DNA of 64,000 nt from Corallococcus sp. AS-1-12 (GCF_020036995.1 NZ_JAIQDD010000010.1:97433-161432); one strand, 5' to 3'. Counted from the stretch's first letter, positions 28,832 through 38,703 are shown. Made by a program: numbers and translations. The notes: generated by a model from the sequence alone, not told the origin.

Positions 28832-31663
28832 GTGAAGATCGGCCGGACCTCGGAGAACGACCTGGTCCTGCATGACCACGGTGTCTCCCGGCGTCATGCC
28901 CGCATCACGGCGAGGGATGGGCGTTACTTCGCCGAGGACGTTGGCAGCGCGAACGGCACGCAGTTGAACGGCCAGCCGCTGGGCGGCCAGAAGCAACTGC
29001 GCGACGGCGACCGCATCACCGTGGGGCCGGTGGAGTTCACCTTCGTGTGGGTGGCGCCGGAGGATGACGACGACGTCACCCGGCCCATCCGGCGGATGCT
29101 CGCGCCGCCGCACGCGAAGGTGTCGCCGCAGGGCGTGGAGCAGGCCTCGCTCGCGGAGATCGAAGCGGCGCCCACGAGCTACCAGCCGTCGATGCCGGCC
29201 ATGGCCCGGCCCGCGTCCCCGCCGCGCCCGGGAATGGCCGTGCCCGCCGCGAAGGGTGGGGCGATGCCAATGCCGGCCGCCACGCCGAAGCGGCCCTCCG
29301 CTCCGGATCTACCGGCGGTCAGTGCCTCCGCGCCGGGCCGGGCTGCACCGGGAACTCCCGTGCTGGGAACGCCCACGCCGGGGGCGGCGGCTTCGCCCAA
29401 GCCTGGTGTGCAGGGAGCCTCTGTTCCGGCGACTCCGCCCCGGCCTCCCTCGGGTCCGCCTGCGCTGGGCGCCTCTGCGTCCTCTGCTTCGGGCAAGGTT
29501 CCCGCCGCGCCTTCCGTGGTGGGGAGCCTGGGGCAGGGCGCGACCGCGCCGGCCAGGACTCCCGCGGGCCCTCCGGTGTTGGGTCCCGCGGCTCCCAACG
29601 AGGGTTCCCCGGCCAGGGCTCCTGCTGCTCCCCCGGTGCTGTCGGCCGGGAACAAGGCCTCGGGAGCTTCCGCCGCCGTCCGTGCCTCCGGGCCGGGACC
29701 GTCCTTGGCGGCCCGGGGCGCAGCGGCTTCGTCACCCGGCCTGCCGTTGATGTCTCCGCCGGGGCTGATGGTTCCGCCTCCTCCCGCACGGCCTCTCGCC
29801 GTGCCTCCTCCCGTGGAGCTGGCCCCCGTGGCGCCGGACGAGCCCGAGGAGCGCACGCTGATGGCGATCTCCACGGTGGACTCGCCCGTGCCCGCCGCCA
29901 CGCCGCCTCCCGTGCTGTCCCTCCCGGACATGGACGAGCCCGAGGAGCGCACGCTGATGGCGATCTCCACGGTGGACTCGCGCGTGCCCGCCGCCGCGCC
30001 GCCTCCCGTGCTGCCTCTCCCGGAGCTGGACGAGCCCAACGAGAGCACGCTGATGGCGATTCCCACGGCGGACCTGGCCGTGCCCGCCGCCACGCCGCCC
30101 CCGGTGCTCTCCTTCCCGGAGCTGGACGAGCCCGAGGAGCGCACGCTGATGGCGATTCCGGCGACCCCGGAAGCGCCACCGGTTCCCGTCGCGCCGCCGC
30201 CGCAGGAGGCCCCGCCCGCGCTGCCCCCGCCGGCGATGGAGGAGCCCGAGGAGCGGACCGTCCTCGACCTCCGGCCCATCACGCCGGTCAAGCCGCTCGT
30301 GGCCCCTCCGGTGCGCATCGTGAGCGCGCCCGCCGCCGCGATCGACTCCAGCGAGCCCTCGACCTTCGTCGGCCAGGACGATGACCTCTCCGCGGCCCCC
30401 GAGGAGACCCGGGCCTCCGGGACCTTCTCGGGCCAGGTCTCGCCCGGACCTGCCGCACCGGCCGCGGCGCCTCCGCCGGTCTGGAGCCCTCCCGTCCCGC
30501 CGCCTTCCGAGGAGCCGGTGACGTTCGTCGGCCACGACCGCGCCCCGCCTGCCCCGGCCCTGGACCCCGGGCTGCTGACGGGCGAAATCCCACTGCTGGC
30601 CCATGTGCCCGCTCCGGACGCGGAGGGTGAAGCCACCCTGCCCGTGCCGGCCAACCTGGATGAGTCCGCCACCCAGCCCGCGCCAAGGGGCCCGGTGACG
30701 GTCGTCGCGAAGGTCGAGCCCTCGTCCGCCGCCGACAAGGCCCGCCAGCGGCGCCAGTTGGGCAAGACGCTCAAGGGCCGGTTCCTCCTCTTCTGGCAGC
30801 GCCAGTCGCTGCCCAGGCGCATCGGCTTCGCGTCGCTGGCGGGCGTGGCCGTGCTGGGCGTGCTGACGCTGCTCGTGGCGCTCGCGGCCCCCTCGGCCAT
30901 CCGGCTCCCGGGCCGCGAACCCTTCACGCTGGGCATGGAGCCGGTGCCGGACTCCTTCGGCCTGGGCGAAGGGGTGCGCTGGGTCCACGCCGACGACAAG
31001 CTCTTCGACTTCCGCTTCGTGTCCCCCACGCGCGCCGTGGCGGTGCTGCACTACCAGGCCAGCAACATCGCCCGGGACGAGGTCAACCTGTCCCTCAACG
31101 GCGTGTCCCTGGGCTGGGTGCCCCCGGATACCGCCCAGACGGCCGAGCGTGAGCTGGAGCAGGTCCTCCCGCCCAGCCTCCTGCGGCGCAACGCCAACAA
31201 CCAGCTCCTCTTCGACAACGCCCTCAACCCGCCCGGCCGCGACCCCTGGCGCATCTGGAACCTGCGGCTGGAGATCATCCCGGTGCCGGAGCTGCCGCCG
31301 GATCAGCTCATCACCTCCGCCCGGGAGGCCGCCAAGGCAGGGGCCCGCTTCTACGAGCTCAAGGACGTGGGCGCGGAGAACCTGTTCAAGGCGTGGCGGG
31401 AGTACCGCGCCGCGTGGATCACCCTGGAAGCGCTGGACGACAAGCCGGAGCTCTACGAGGACGTCCGGGAGCGGATCGCCCAGATTTCAACGGAGCTGGA
31501 CCACCGCTGCAGCCAACTGATGATGCAGTTCCAGCGGGCGGTTCAGTTCCGCAGCCGACGGGATGCGGTCGCCACCCTGGAAGACGTACGGAGACGCTTC
31601 CCTACGGCCGAGCATCGCTGCCACAATCTCGCGCTGGAAAAAGCCTATGAGCACGAGCTTTAG
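28832..31663 (+). CDS. FHA-domain protein, large proline-rich, with internal 32-aa tandem repeats
   Basis: FHA core (IGRTSENDLVLHDHGVSRRHARI...ANGTQLNGQPL). The first canonical start (GTG 28832) would truncate the FHA beta1 strand, which is encoded in-frame upstream (PILLTITQGLQVGRELAFEQAE). The true start is likely non-canonical at ~28763-28769. Confidence 0.8.
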   Translation: MKIGRTSENDLVLHDHGVSRRHARITARDGRYFAEDVGSANGTQLNGQPLGGQKQLRDGDRITVGPVEFTFVWVAPEDDDDVTRPIRRMLAPPHAKVSPQGVEQASLAEIEAAPTSYQPSMPAMARPASPPRPGMAVPAAKGGAMPMPAATPKRPSAPDLPAVSASAPGRAAPGTPVLGTPTPGAAASPKPGVQGASVPATPPRPPSGPPALGASASSASGKVPAAPSVVGSLGQGATAPARTPAGPPVLGPAAPNEGSPARAPAAPPVLSAGNKASGASAAVRASGPGPSLAARGAAASSPGLPLMSPPGLMVPPPPARPLAVPPPVELAPVAPDEPEERTLMAISTVDSPVPAATPPPVLSLPDMDEPEERTLMAISTVDSRVPAAAPPPVLPLPELDEPNESTLMAIPTADLAVPAATPPPVLSFPELDEPEERTLMAIPATPEAPPVPVAPPPQEAPPALPPPAMEEPEERTVLDLRPITPVKPLVAPPVRIVSAPAAAIDSSEPSTFVGQDDDLSAAPEETRASGTFSGQVSPGPAAPAAAPPPVWSPPVPPPSEEPVTFVGHDRAPPAPALDPGLLTGEIPLLAHVPAPDAEGEATLPVPANLDESATQPAPRGPVTVVAKVEPSSAADKARQRRQLGKTLKGRFLLFWQRQSLPRRIGFASLAGVAVLGVLTLLVALAAPSAIRLPGREPFTLGMEPVPDSFGLGEGVRWVHADDKLFDFRFVSPTRAVAVLHYQASNIARDEVNLSLNGVSLGWVPPDTAQTAERELEQVLPPSLLRRNANNQLLFDNALNPPGRDPWRIWNLRLEIIPVPELPPDQLITSAREAAKAGARFYELKDVGAENLFKAWREYRAAWITLEALDDKPELYEDVRERIAQISTELDHRCSQLMMQFQRAVQFRSRRDAVATLEDVRRRFPTAEHRCHNLALEKAYEHEL
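29837..30220 (+). repeat. 4 (+1 partial) tandem 96-bp coding repeats inside the FHA gene
   Basis: Unit gacgagcccgaggagcgcacgctgatggcgatctccacggtggactcg... encodes EPEERTLMAISTVDSPVPAATPPPVLSLPDMD. Units start at 29837, 29933, 30029 and 30125. Confidence 0.8.
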
Positions 31664-31690
31664 GGCTCGTGCCCCCCTCAGCAGGACGCG

Positions 31691-33439
31691 GTGACCTCCA
31701 TGTCGAACGCACCACCCCCCGCCCGCCGACGGCCTACATCTGGCACGCCCTCCTCCGGGACCGGTTCGCGCGCGCCGGTCCGCCGGTCGTCCGCCGGTGC
31801 CGCCGCGGCCCGCCCCGCGAAGCTCGTCGTCATCGCCGGCCCCATGGAGGGTGAGGAGTTCGCGCTCTCCGAGCTCGAGTACACGGTCGGCCGCTCCACC
31901 GACAACCCCATCTGCATCCAGGACACGTCCGTCTCCCGCAAGCACGTGACGCTGCGCAAGGAGTCCGCCGGCTGGATGGTCAGTGACATGGGCTCCGGCA
32001 ACGGCACCATCGTCAACGGCGAGCCCATCTCCGAGGAGACGCTCCTCGCCAACGGCGACGTCATCACGCTGGGCGACTCGGAGCTGCGCTACGAGGACAC
32101 CGCCAACAGCACCGCGAAGGTGCAGGCCCCCACCGGCCCCCGGCCCCGTCCATCCTCGGCGGCGGGCCGCGGTTCCACGGCCGTGCCCCCGCGCCCCGCC
32201 CGCGAGGGCCGCGCGCGCCCGCAGACGTCGCGGGCCGCCGCCGCCGCGGAGCTCTCGCCGGAGGTGCAGCGCAAGCGCATGCGGATGAAGCTCGCGGGCG
32301 CCGCCGTGCTGGTGGTGCTCTTCGCGGGCCTGGGCGTCGCGCGCTCGCGCATGCGGCAACAGGCGGAGGAGCAGGGCCGCATCGAGGCGGAGCAGCGCAG
32401 CTACCGCGAGCAGTTGGGCGGCCTCTTCCAGGAGGCGAAGAACCTGGTGCGCGAGGGCCAGTGGCAGCAGGCCAAGGCGAAGCTGGAGGAGCTCCACGCG
32501 CAGGCGCCGGACTACCCCGGCGTGGCGGACTACCTGAAGGCCGCGGAGCGGGAGATCCCCAACCAGAACCACCTGAGCACGGCCCAGGCGGCGCTGGACA
32601 AGGGCCAGTTGGCCAGCGCGAAGGCGTCCATCGAGAAGGTGACCAGCGACACCCAGCTCTACGAGCAGTTGAAGACGGCGCGCAAGAACCTGACGGACGC
32701 CGCCGACACGCGCACGAAGGAGGCCAAGCGGCTGCTGGACACCCGCCAGTTGGAGAACGTGCAGCAGGCCAAGGCCATCACCGACGACGTGCTCGCGACC
32801 TTCCCCGAGCACCGCGACGGCAAGCTGGTCAACGACGACGCCGTGCGCGTCATCGCGGACCTGACGCGTCCGGACCCCGTGCGCGTGGCCGCGGCGCCCA
32901 AGCCGTGGGAGCCCGCCGTGGACCGCTTCCGCGACGGTGACATCACCGGCGCGGTGGCCATCCTCAACGCGTGCGCGGCCAAGACGTCCCAGTGCAAGCA
33001 GTTGATGGCGCAGGTGACGGAGTTCGGCAACCTCTACAAGAAGCTGGAGGACCTGGACGCCAAGGGCCTCACCCGCCTGCTCGCGCTGGACAAGGACATC
33101 ACCGACGGGCGCGCCAGCAAGATGGCGCGCAACGCGGGCACCCGCGCGGGCAACATCTATTACAAGAGCGCCGCGGGCGCGAAGGCCGCCGGCCAGTGGT
33201 CGCGCGCCATGGAGTTCGCCCGCCGCGCGCTCCAGGCGGACCCCAGCCACGCGGGCGCCGCCAACATCGTCAACGACCTCAAGGGCAAGGCGAAGGACCT
33301 GTACATGCAGGCCTACTCCATCAAGGACTCCAGCCCGGAGGACGCGCTGCCCAAGTTCCGCGACGTCGTCGCGATGACGCCGCCCGACGACGAGCTGCAC
33401 GGCAAGGCCCAGGGCTGGGTCGAGAAGCTGTCGCGATGA
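31691..33439 (+). CDS. FHA-domain protein with TM segment and C-terminal TPR-like helical domain
   Basis: FHA core (YTVGRSTDNPICIQDTSVSRKHVTL...SGNGTIVNGEPI). TM segment (LAGAAVLVVLFAGLGVA). The stop overlaps the xseA start (ATGA). Confidence 0.85.
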   Translation: MTSMSNAPPPARRRPTSGTPSSGTGSRAPVRRSSAGAAAARPAKLVVIAGPMEGEEFALSELEYTVGRSTDNPICIQDTSVSRKHVTLRKESAGWMVSDMGSGNGTIVNGEPISEETLLANGDVITLGDSELRYEDTANSTAKVQAPTGPRPRPSSAAGRGSTAVPPRPAREGRARPQTSRAAAAAELSPEVQRKRMRMKLAGAAVLVVLFAGLGVARSRMRQQAEEQGRIEAEQRSYREQLGGLFQEAKNLVREGQWQQAKAKLEELHAQAPDYPGVADYLKAAEREIPNQNHLSTAQAALDKGQLASAKASIEKVTSDTQLYEQLKTARKNLTDAADTRTKEAKRLLDTRQLENVQQAKAITDDVLATFPEHRDGKLVNDDAVRVIADLTRPDPVRVAAAPKPWEPAVDRFRDGDITGAVAILNACAAKTSQCKQLMAQVTEFGNLYKKLEDLDAKGLTRLLALDKDITDGRASKMARNAGTRAGNIYYKSAAGAKAAGQWSRAMEFARRALQADPSHAGAANIVNDLKGKAKDLYMQAYSIKDSSPEDALPKFRDVVAMTPPDDELHGKAQGWVEKLSR

Positions 33440-35151
33440 AGAAGCGCAAGGGGTTGGAGCCGCCCCCGGCCGACGAGCCGGGGCAGGGCGACCTGTTCGG
33501 CACGTCGCTGCTACCCCCCTTGCGTCCCGCGCCGGCGAAGGCCGCCAGCGGAGGCAGGCCGCCCCCGGCCCCGCCCACCGCGCCGGTGGCTGAAGTCGCC
33601 GCGCCGCCGCCGCCCGCCGCAGTCACCCCGCCGCCGCGCCCCGAGCGCACGGTGCTGTCGGTGGGCGAGCTCACCCGGCAGATCAAGCAGACGGTGGAGT
33701 CGCGCTTCCCGCGCGTGATGGTGCGCGGCGAGGTGTCCAGCTTCCGGGGCGCCAACGCGCGCGGCCACTGGTACTTCACGCTCAAGGACCCGGACGCCTC
33801 CATCGACGCGAAGGTGTGGGCGTCCATGGCCAGCCGCATCCGCTTCGCGCTGCGCGACGGCATGGAGGTCGTGGCCGAGGGCAGCGTGGACCTGTACGAG
33901 CCGCAGGGCCGCTACAGCCTCATCGTGTCCCGGCTGGAGCCGGTGGGCGAGGGCGCGCTGGCGCTCGCGTTCGAGCAGCTCAAGCAGCGGCTGGCGGCGG
34001 AGGGGCTCATCGGCGACCGGCGCGTGCGGCCGCCCCGGCCCGTGCCGTTCCTGCCCCGGCGCATCGGCGTCGTGACGAGCCGCACCGGCGCGGCGCTCCA
34101 GGACTTCCTGCGCGTGCTGCACTCGCGCAACCCCCGGCTGGGCGTGCTGCTGGCGGACGCGCGCGTGCAGGGGGAGGGCTCCGCGGAGGACGTGGCGCGG
34201 GCCATCGAGCGGCTCTCGCGCACCGACGTGGACGTCATCGTCGTGACGCGCGGCGGAGGCTCCGTGGAGGACCTCTGGACGTTCAACGAGGAGCGGGTGG
34301 CGCGCGCCATCTTCGCCTCGCCCGTGCCGGTGGTGTCCGCCATCGGCCACGAGATCGACTTCACCATCTCCGACTTCGTCGCGGACCTGCGCGCGCCCAC
34401 GCCCAGCGCGGCGGCGGAGCGGCTGGCGCCGGTGCTGGCGGACCTGGAGCTGACGCTGGCCACGCAGTCCGGCCGGCTGCGCCGGGCCATGGAGCGCCGG
34501 GTGCTGGAGCTGCGCGAGCGCCAGGGCCAGCTCCGCGCGCGGCTGCCGGACCCTCGCCGCGAGGTGAACCACCAGCGCCTGCACCTGTCCGAACAGGTGG
34601 AGGCGATGATGCGCGTGCTGCGCCCCCGCGTGCGTCAGGACCGGGAGACCTTGCGCGCCTTGCAGGAGCGGCTGCAGCGGGCGCGGCCCCAGACGCGGCT
34701 GTCGGAGCAGCGGGCGCACCTGCTCAAGCTGGCCATGCGCCTGTCGGACGCCGCTCGTGCGGGCGTCACCCGGCGGCGGGGCGCGCTGGCGGACGCGCGG
34801 CTGGGGCTGGAGCGGCAGTCCCCCACGGCGCGGGTGGCGGCCGAGCGGGCGAAGGTGGCCCAGGCGCGAGCGCGGCTCCTGGAGCTCCAGCGGGGAATGC
34901 TGGCCTCCGCGCAGACGCACTTCGGACGGCTGGGCGGCCGCCTGGACGCCCTGAGCCCCCTGAAGGTGATGTCGCGCGGCTACGCGGTGACGTTCCGCCA
35001 GCGGGACGGCGTGGTGGTCCGCTCCATGGCGGACGTGGTGGTGGGGGACGTGCTGGGCATCAAGCTGGCGGCCCACGGGGCGAAAACCCTGGGTGGATGT
35101 GAAGAAATCGAAGCGACCGTTACCAGCCTGAAAGGCCCGGTGGACTGCTAG
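33436..35151 (+). CDS. xseA: exodeoxyribonuclease VII large subunit
   Basis: OB-fold N-terminus (LSVGELTRQIKQTVESRFPRVMVRGEVSSF) and an XseA catalytic region (GVVTSRTGAALQDFLRVL; VVTRGGGSVEDLWTFN). Confidence 0.9.
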   Translation: MKKRKGLEPPPADEPGQGDLFGTSLLPPLRPAPAKAASGGRPPPAPPTAPVAEVAAPPPPAAVTPPPRPERTVLSVGELTRQIKQTVESRFPRVMVRGEVSSFRGANARGHWYFTLKDPDASIDAKVWASMASRIRFALRDGMEVVAEGSVDLYEPQGRYSLIVSRLEPVGEGALALAFEQLKQRLAAEGLIGDRRVRPPRPVPFLPRRIGVVTSRTGAALQDFLRVLHSRNPRLGVLLADARVQGEGSAEDVARAIERLSRTDVDVIVVTRGGGSVEDLWTFNEERVARAIFASPVPVVSAIGHEIDFTISDFVADLRAPTPSAAAERLAPVLADLELTLATQSGRLRRAMERRVLELRERQGQLRARLPDPRREVNHQRLHLSEQVEAMMRVLRPRVRQDRETLRALQERLQRARPQTRLSEQRAHLLKLAMRLSDAARAGVTRRRGALADARLGLERQSPTARVAAERAKVAQARARLLELQRGMLASAQTHFGRLGGRLDALSPLKVMSRGYAVTFRQRDGVVVRSMADVVVGDVLGIKLAAHGAKTLGGCEEIEATVTSLKGPVDC

Positions 35152-35192
35152 CGGGCCACCCTCTACATTCCGCGCCCCGCTCGGGGAGGTGG

Positions 35193-35531
35193 ATGGCCGT
35201 GGCGAAGTCGGACAAGAACCCCAAGGTGGAGCCCGCTCCGGAGCAGTACGGAGACGTGGTGTCGCGCCTGGAAGAGACGGTGGCGCGGCTGGAAGGCGGC
35301 GACCTGTCACTGGAAGAGTCGCTCAAGGCGTTCGAGGAGGGCATCCGCCTCGTCCGCCGGGGCGAGAAGCTGCTCACGGAGGCCGAGCAGCGCATCGAGC
35401 AGTTGCTGGTGGACGAGGACGGCCAGGACGTCGTGGCGCCGCTGGCGGTGGCGGCCCGGCCCGCTCCCCAGGCTGCCCCCCGGACGACCGCGCAGGCGCG
35501 TCCGCCACCGGAGGACGATGTCCCGTTCTAG
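35193..35531 (+). CDS. xseB: exodeoxyribonuclease VII small subunit
   Basis: XseB motif (LEETVARLEGGDLSLEESLKAFEEGIRLVRRGEKLL). Confidence 0.85.
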   Translation: MAVAKSDKNPKVEPAPEQYGDVVSRLEETVARLEGGDLSLEESLKAFEEGIRLVRRGEKLLTEAEQRIEQLLVDEDGQDVVAPLAVAARPAPQAAPRTTAQARPPPEDDVPF

Positions 35532-35558
35532 GCATCAGGGGAAGGGCGGAGGCCGGGC

Positions 35559-35948
35559 ATGTCGAAGCCGAAGATTACGATTGTCGATGACGACCGCGAC
35601 ACGCGCGAGCTGCTCGCCGAGGCCCTGGGGGCCGAGGGCTTCGAGGTCATGTCCGCGGCCAATGGCCTGCGGCTCGTCGCGTCGCTGGAGCTGCACCGCC
35701 CGCACGCCATCCTCCTGGACGTGAACATGTCCTGGATCAACGGCTTCGAGCTGTGTCAGGCCGTGAAGCAGAACAAGCAGTTCCGGGACATCCCCATCAT
35801 CTTCATCAGCGGGCGGGGAGACCCGGAGGACAAGCGGCGTGGCATGGAGGTCGGCGCGGCCGACTACTTCGTGAAGCCGCTGGAGCTGGACGCGCTCGTC
35901 AAGCGCATCCGCGAACTCATCCCCGCCGACGTGGCGAAGGAGCCCTGA
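35559..35948 (+). CDS. single-domain CheY-like response regulator
   Basis: Receiver motifs (KITIVDDDRDTREL...LLDVNMSWINGFEL...ADYFVKP). Confidence 0.85.
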   Translation: MSKPKITIVDDDRDTRELLAEALGAEGFEVMSAANGLRLVASLELHRPHAILLDVNMSWINGFELCQAVKQNKQFRDIPIIFISGRGDPEDKRRGMEVGAADYFVKPLELDALVKRIRELIPADVAKEP

Positions 35949-35953
35949 CGCCG

Positions 35954-36847
35954 ATGGCCGCATTCAACCTGGAACCCTTCATGCGCACGCACCAGGCGCG
36001 GGTGGAGGCGCTCCTGCTCGAACGCGCGGACCGCCTGGGTCCCGCGGGCACGCCGCCCCGGCTGGCGGAGGCCATGCGCTACTCGCTGCTCGCGGGCGGC
36101 AAGCGCCTGCGCCCCGTGCTCTGCCTGGCCTTCGCGGACGCGGTGGCGAAGGCGAGCACCGACAGCGCCGTGGTGTTGGATGCGGCGTGCTCGCTGGAGT
36201 ACGTGCACACCTATTCGCTGGTGCATGACGACCTGCCCTGCCTGGACAACGACGACCTGCGCCGGGGCCGGCCCACGAACCACAAGGTCTACGGCGAGCC
36301 GCTGGCGCTGCTGGCCGGGGACGGGCTGCTCACGGAGGCCTTCCACGTGCTCGCCGGAGGGCCGGAGCCGGTGCGCGGCCTGCTGTGCGCGGAGCTGGCG
36401 CGTGCGGCGGGCGCGAGCGGCATGGTGGGCGGGCAGGTGCTGGACATCGCGGCGGACCGGGCCGCGACGCTGGACTACCTGCTGCGGCTGCACCGGATGA
36501 AGACGGGCGCGCTCATCCTCGCGGCGTGCCGGATGGGCGTCCTGGCGGCCGGGGGCGACGCGGCGGCGCTCGCCAGCGCGGTGACGTACGGTGAGGCGGT
36601 GGGCCTGGCCTTCCAGATCGCGGACGACGTGCTGGACGTGACCTCCAGCGCGGAGGCCATGGGCAAGCCGGTGGGCGCGGACGCGGAGGCCGGGCGCTTC
36701 ACCTTCCCGGCGGTGGTGGGGCTGGACGAGTCCCGCCGCATGGCCGACGAGCTGGTGGCCCGGGCGGAGGCCGCGGTGCGCCCGCTGGAGGGCGTGGACG
36801 GTCCGCTGGCGGCGCTGGCGCGCTACTCGGTGGAGCGGAAGTCCTGA
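35954..36847 (+). CDS. ispA: farnesyl/geranylgeranyl diphosphate synthase (polyprenyl synthetase)
   Basis: FARM motif (LVHDDLPCLDNDDLRRG) and SARM motif (FQIADDVLD). Confidence 0.9.
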   Translation: MAAFNLEPFMRTHQARVEALLLERADRLGPAGTPPRLAEAMRYSLLAGGKRLRPVLCLAFADAVAKASTDSAVVLDAACSLEYVHTYSLVHDDLPCLDNDDLRRGRPTNHKVYGEPLALLAGDGLLTEAFHVLAGGPEPVRGLLCAELARAAGASGMVGGQVLDIAADRAATLDYLLRLHRMKTGALILAACRMGVLAAGGDAAALASAVTYGEAVGLAFQIADDVLDVTSSAEAMGKPVGADAEAGRFTFPAVVGLDESRRMADELVARAEAAVRPLEGVDGPLAALARYSVERKS

Positions 36848-38703
36848 TGGCGGACGTGCTGTCCGGTGTCGAGTCTCCCGCGGATGTGCGCGCGCTCCCC
36901 GAGGACGCGCTGCCCGGCCTGTGCGAGGCGCTGCGCGAGGCCATCATCACCACGTGCGGACGCGTGGGCGGCCACCTGGGCGCGTCGCTGGGCGCGGTCG
37001 AATTGATCGTGGCCCTGCACCGCGTCTTCCACACGCCGCAGGACGCGCTCCTCTTCGACGTGGGGCACCAGGCGTACGCGCACAAGCTGCTCACCGGCCG
37101 GCGGGACCGGATGCACACGCTGCGGCAGGCGGACGGCATCGCGCCGTTCCTGGATCCGCGCGAGAGCCACCACGACGCGCTGGCGGCCGGGCATGCGTGC
37201 ACGGCCATCTCCGCGGCGCTGGGCCTGCTCTCCGGCCGGCGGCAGTTGGGCCACACGGGCCACGTGGTGGCGGTGGTGGGCGACGGCGCGCTCACCGGGG
37301 GCCTGAGCTTCGAGGGGCTCAACAACGCGGGGGGCAGCCCGCTGCCGCTCGTGGTGGTGCTCAACGACAACCAGATGTCCATCAGCGCGAACGTGGGGGC
37401 CATCCCCGCGCTCCTGCGCACGCGCAACGCCCGCGCCTTCTTCGAGTCGCTGGGCTTCACCTACCTGGGCCCGGTGGACGGGCACGACCTGGGCGCGCTC
37501 ACGCGGGCCCTGCGCGAGGCGAAGGCGTCATGCCGCCCGGTGGTGGTGCACACGCTGACGAAGAAGGGGCGCGGCTTCCCGCCCGCGGAGGCGGACGAGC
37601 AGACCCGCGGCCACGCGATGGGGCCGTACGAGTGGCGCGACGGCAAGCTGGTGCGCTCGCGAGGGGGTCGGCCCACGTTCAGCGAGGCCTTCGCCCAGGT
37701 GCTGGGCGACGCGCTGGAGCGCGACCCGCGCGTGGTGGCGGTGACGCCCGCGATGCTGGAGGGCAGTGCGCTCACTGGTTTGAAGGAGCGCTTCCCGGAC
37801 CGCGTGCACGACGTGGGCATCGCGGAGCAGCACGCGGTGACGTTCTGCGCGGGGCTGGCCGCGGCGGGCGCGAAGCCGGTGTGCGTCATCTACTCCACCT
37901 TCCTCCAGCGCGCGTACGACCAGGTGGTCCACGACGTGTGCCTGCCGGGGCTGCCCGTCGTCTTCGCGGTGGACCGGGCGGGGCTCGTGGGCGCGGACGG
38001 CGCCACGCACCAGGGCGCCTACGACGTGTCCTTCCTCCGGCCGCTGCCGGGCCTCACGCAGTGGGCCCCGGTGGTGGGGGAGGACCTGGAGCCCATGCTC
38101 GCCACCGCGCTCCAGGCCTCCGGGCCCTCCGTGCTACGCTTCCCGCGAGGCACGCTGCCGGACCTCCCGCCAGAGCTGGCACAGGGCGACACGGAGGCGC
38201 AGGGGTCGTCCTCGCCCGGGCAGCCGGCCCACGACACGCGCGCTGGCGCGGCAGGGGCCATGGATTCTGCGGCCTCGCGGTTGGCGCCGGCCGCGCTCCC
38301 CATGCCGGGGGCCCGCTGGTTGAAGCGCGTGGCCGGATCTCGGCTGACGCTGGTGACGCTGGGCCCGCTGGGCCTGTCCGCGCTGGAGGCCGCGCGGAGC
38401 GAGCCGGACTGGAGCGTGCTGGACGCGCGCCGGGCGTGGCCCCTGGATGAGGCCGCGCTCCTGGAGGCCGCGGCGGGCGGGCATGTGGTGGTGGCCGAGG
38501 AGGGCACCACCCGCGGCGGCCTGGGCAGCGCGGTGCTGGAGCTGTACGCGGCCTGCGGCGTGTCCCCCCGGGTGACGCTGCTGGGCATGCCGGATGTCTT
38601 CCTGCCGCACGGGGACGCGCGGGTGCAGCGGACGCAACTGGGACTGGACGCGGCGGGCCTGCGGCGCGCGGGCCGTGCGCTGCTGGGAGAGGAGCACCGG
38701 TGA
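36847..38703 (+). CDS. dxs: 1-deoxy-D-xylulose-5-phosphate synthase
   Basis: Dxs N-terminal TPP motifs (GGHLGASLGAVELIVALH; DVGHQAYAHKLLTGRRDRM). ATGA-type overlap with ispA. Conserved xseB-ispA-dxs order. Confidence 0.9.
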   Translation: MADVLSGVESPADVRALPEDALPGLCEALREAIITTCGRVGGHLGASLGAVELIVALHRVFHTPQDALLFDVGHQAYAHKLLTGRRDRMHTLRQADGIAPFLDPRESHHDALAAGHACTAISAALGLLSGRRQLGHTGHVVAVVGDGALTGGLSFEGLNNAGGSPLPLVVVLNDNQMSISANVGAIPALLRTRNARAFFESLGFTYLGPVDGHDLGALTRALREAKASCRPVVVHTLTKKGRGFPPAEADEQTRGHAMGPYEWRDGKLVRSRGGRPTFSEAFAQVLGDALERDPRVVAVTPAMLEGSALTGLKERFPDRVHDVGIAEQHAVTFCAGLAAAGAKPVCVIYSTFLQRAYDQVVHDVCLPGLPVVFAVDRAGLVGADGATHQGAYDVSFLRPLPGLTQWAPVVGEDLEPMLATALQASGPSVLRFPRGTLPDLPPELAQGDTEAQGSSSPGQPAHDTRAGAAGAMDSAASRLAPAALPMPGARWLKRVAGSRLTLVTLGPLGLSALEAARSEPDWSVLDARRAWPLDEAALLEAAAGGHVVVAEEGTTRGGLGSAVLELYAACGVSPRVTLLGMPDVFLPHGDARVQRTQLGLDAAGLRRAGRALLGEEHR

